This document shows positions 62,980 to 64,000 of a stretch of DNA of 64,000 bases, piece by piece. The DNA lies in the NCBI RefSeq assembly GCF_963921235.1, contig NC_086102.1:156922001-156986000 (forward strand). The letters are read 5' to 3'. A model generated the notes under the pieces. That model did no database searches and had not been told where the DNA came from. It saw only the letters and a program-made list of their open reading frames with translations. Each line of letters starts with the position of its first letter. Position 1 is the stretch's first letter. This DNA is from Mobula hypostoma. Taxonomy: Eukaryota. Both the position numbers and the translations under genes were made by a program.

Positions 62980-64000
62980 TAAGACCATAAGACATAGGAG
63001 CAAATTTAGTCATTCAGCCCATCGAGTCTGCTCCACTATTCTATCATGTTTGATTTAATATTGCTTTGAACCCCAGTTTTTTGCCGCCTCCCTGTAACTT
63101 TTGATGGCCTTACTAATCAAGAAACTACCAACCTCTACTTTAAATATAAGACCGTAAGATACAGGAGTGCAGTTAGGCCATTTGGCTCATCGAGTCTGCT
63201 CCAACATTTCATAATGGCTGATCCAATTTTCCCCTCAGCCCCAATAGTCTGCCTTCTTCCCCTATCCCTTTATGCCCTAACCCATCAAGAATCTATCAAC
63301 CTCTGCCTTAAATATACATAAAGAATTGTTCTCCATGGCTGCCTGTGGCAAAGAATTCCGCAGGTTCACCATTCTCTGGCAAAAGAAGGTCCTCCTCATC
63401 TCCATTCCAAAAAGGACACTACTCTATTCTGAGGCTGTGTCCACTGGTCTCAAAGTCTCCCAACGGGAGAAACATCCTCTCCACGTCCATTCTATCAAGG
63501 CCTTTCACCATTCGATAGATTTCAATGAGGTCACTCCTCATTCTTCAGAATTCTAGTGAATACAGGCCCAGAGCCAACAAACACGCTTCATATGACAAGC
63601 TATTCAGTCTTGAAATCATATTTCTTAACTTCCTTTGAATCATCTCCAGTTTCAGCACATCCCTTCAAAGCCAAGAAGCCCAAAACTGCTCACAATACTT
63701 CAAATGAGGCCTCACCAGTGCTTTATAAAGTCTCAGCATTACATCCTTGCTTTCATTTTGCAGTCTTCTTGAAATGAATACTAACATTGCATTTGCCTTC
63801 CTTACCACAGACTAAACCTGCAAATTAACCTTCAGGGAATCCTGCACGAGGACTCCCAACTCCCTTTGTGCCTCGGATTTTTGTATTTTCTCTCAATTTA
63901 GAAAATAGTCATCCCTATAATTTCTTCTTTCAAAGTGCATGGCCATAAACTTCCTGGCACTGTATTCTTTGTACATTCTTCTAATCTGTCTAAATTCTTC
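62980..64000 (-). mobile_element. Two stacked CR1 3' ends (62980-63147 and 63148 to window end)
   Basis: Two TCTTA(T/C)GG tails; body homologous to 31276-32075 and 39032-39745. Confidence 0.92.

Noticed and set aside
1-64000. CRISPR array, retron or other prokaryotic RT-ncRNA system
   Set aside because: No regularly spaced repeats or operon structure; all RTs are CR1, Rex1, RTE or Gypsy types in vertebrate repeat-rich DNA.

Overview
This is eukaryotic, vertebrate, repeat-rich DNA. It most likely comes from a cartilaginous fish (ray or shark), inferred from the repeat families present: many CR1 LINEs with (CTATGTT)n-type tails, V-SINEs, Rex1-like LINEs and Penelope-like elements. I recognise no host protein-coding gene; nearly every ORF in the track is a transposable-element fragment or its antisense shadow. 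Main contents: (1) a full-length but decayed 7.2 kb Gmr1-type Gypsy LTR retrotransposon with integrase upstream of RT (14494-21703), inserted into the chromodomain of an older chromovirus and itself carrying a solo LTR; (2) about 12 CR1 copies, one with ORF1 esterase remnants and one with an uninterrupted RT frame; (3) a Tc1 transposon and a Tc1 MITE; (4) a Hero-clade restriction-endonuclease LINE fragment; (5) several SINEs; (6) short fold-back Penelope-like insertions with 12-14 bp target-site duplications that carry minimal hammerhead ribozyme motifs. In two of these the inversion point falls on the ribozyme itself, which is the most interesting signal in the window. There is also one candidate non-coding exon. 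Boundaries of old, decayed repeats are approximate, and family names come from motif recognition, not database searches.
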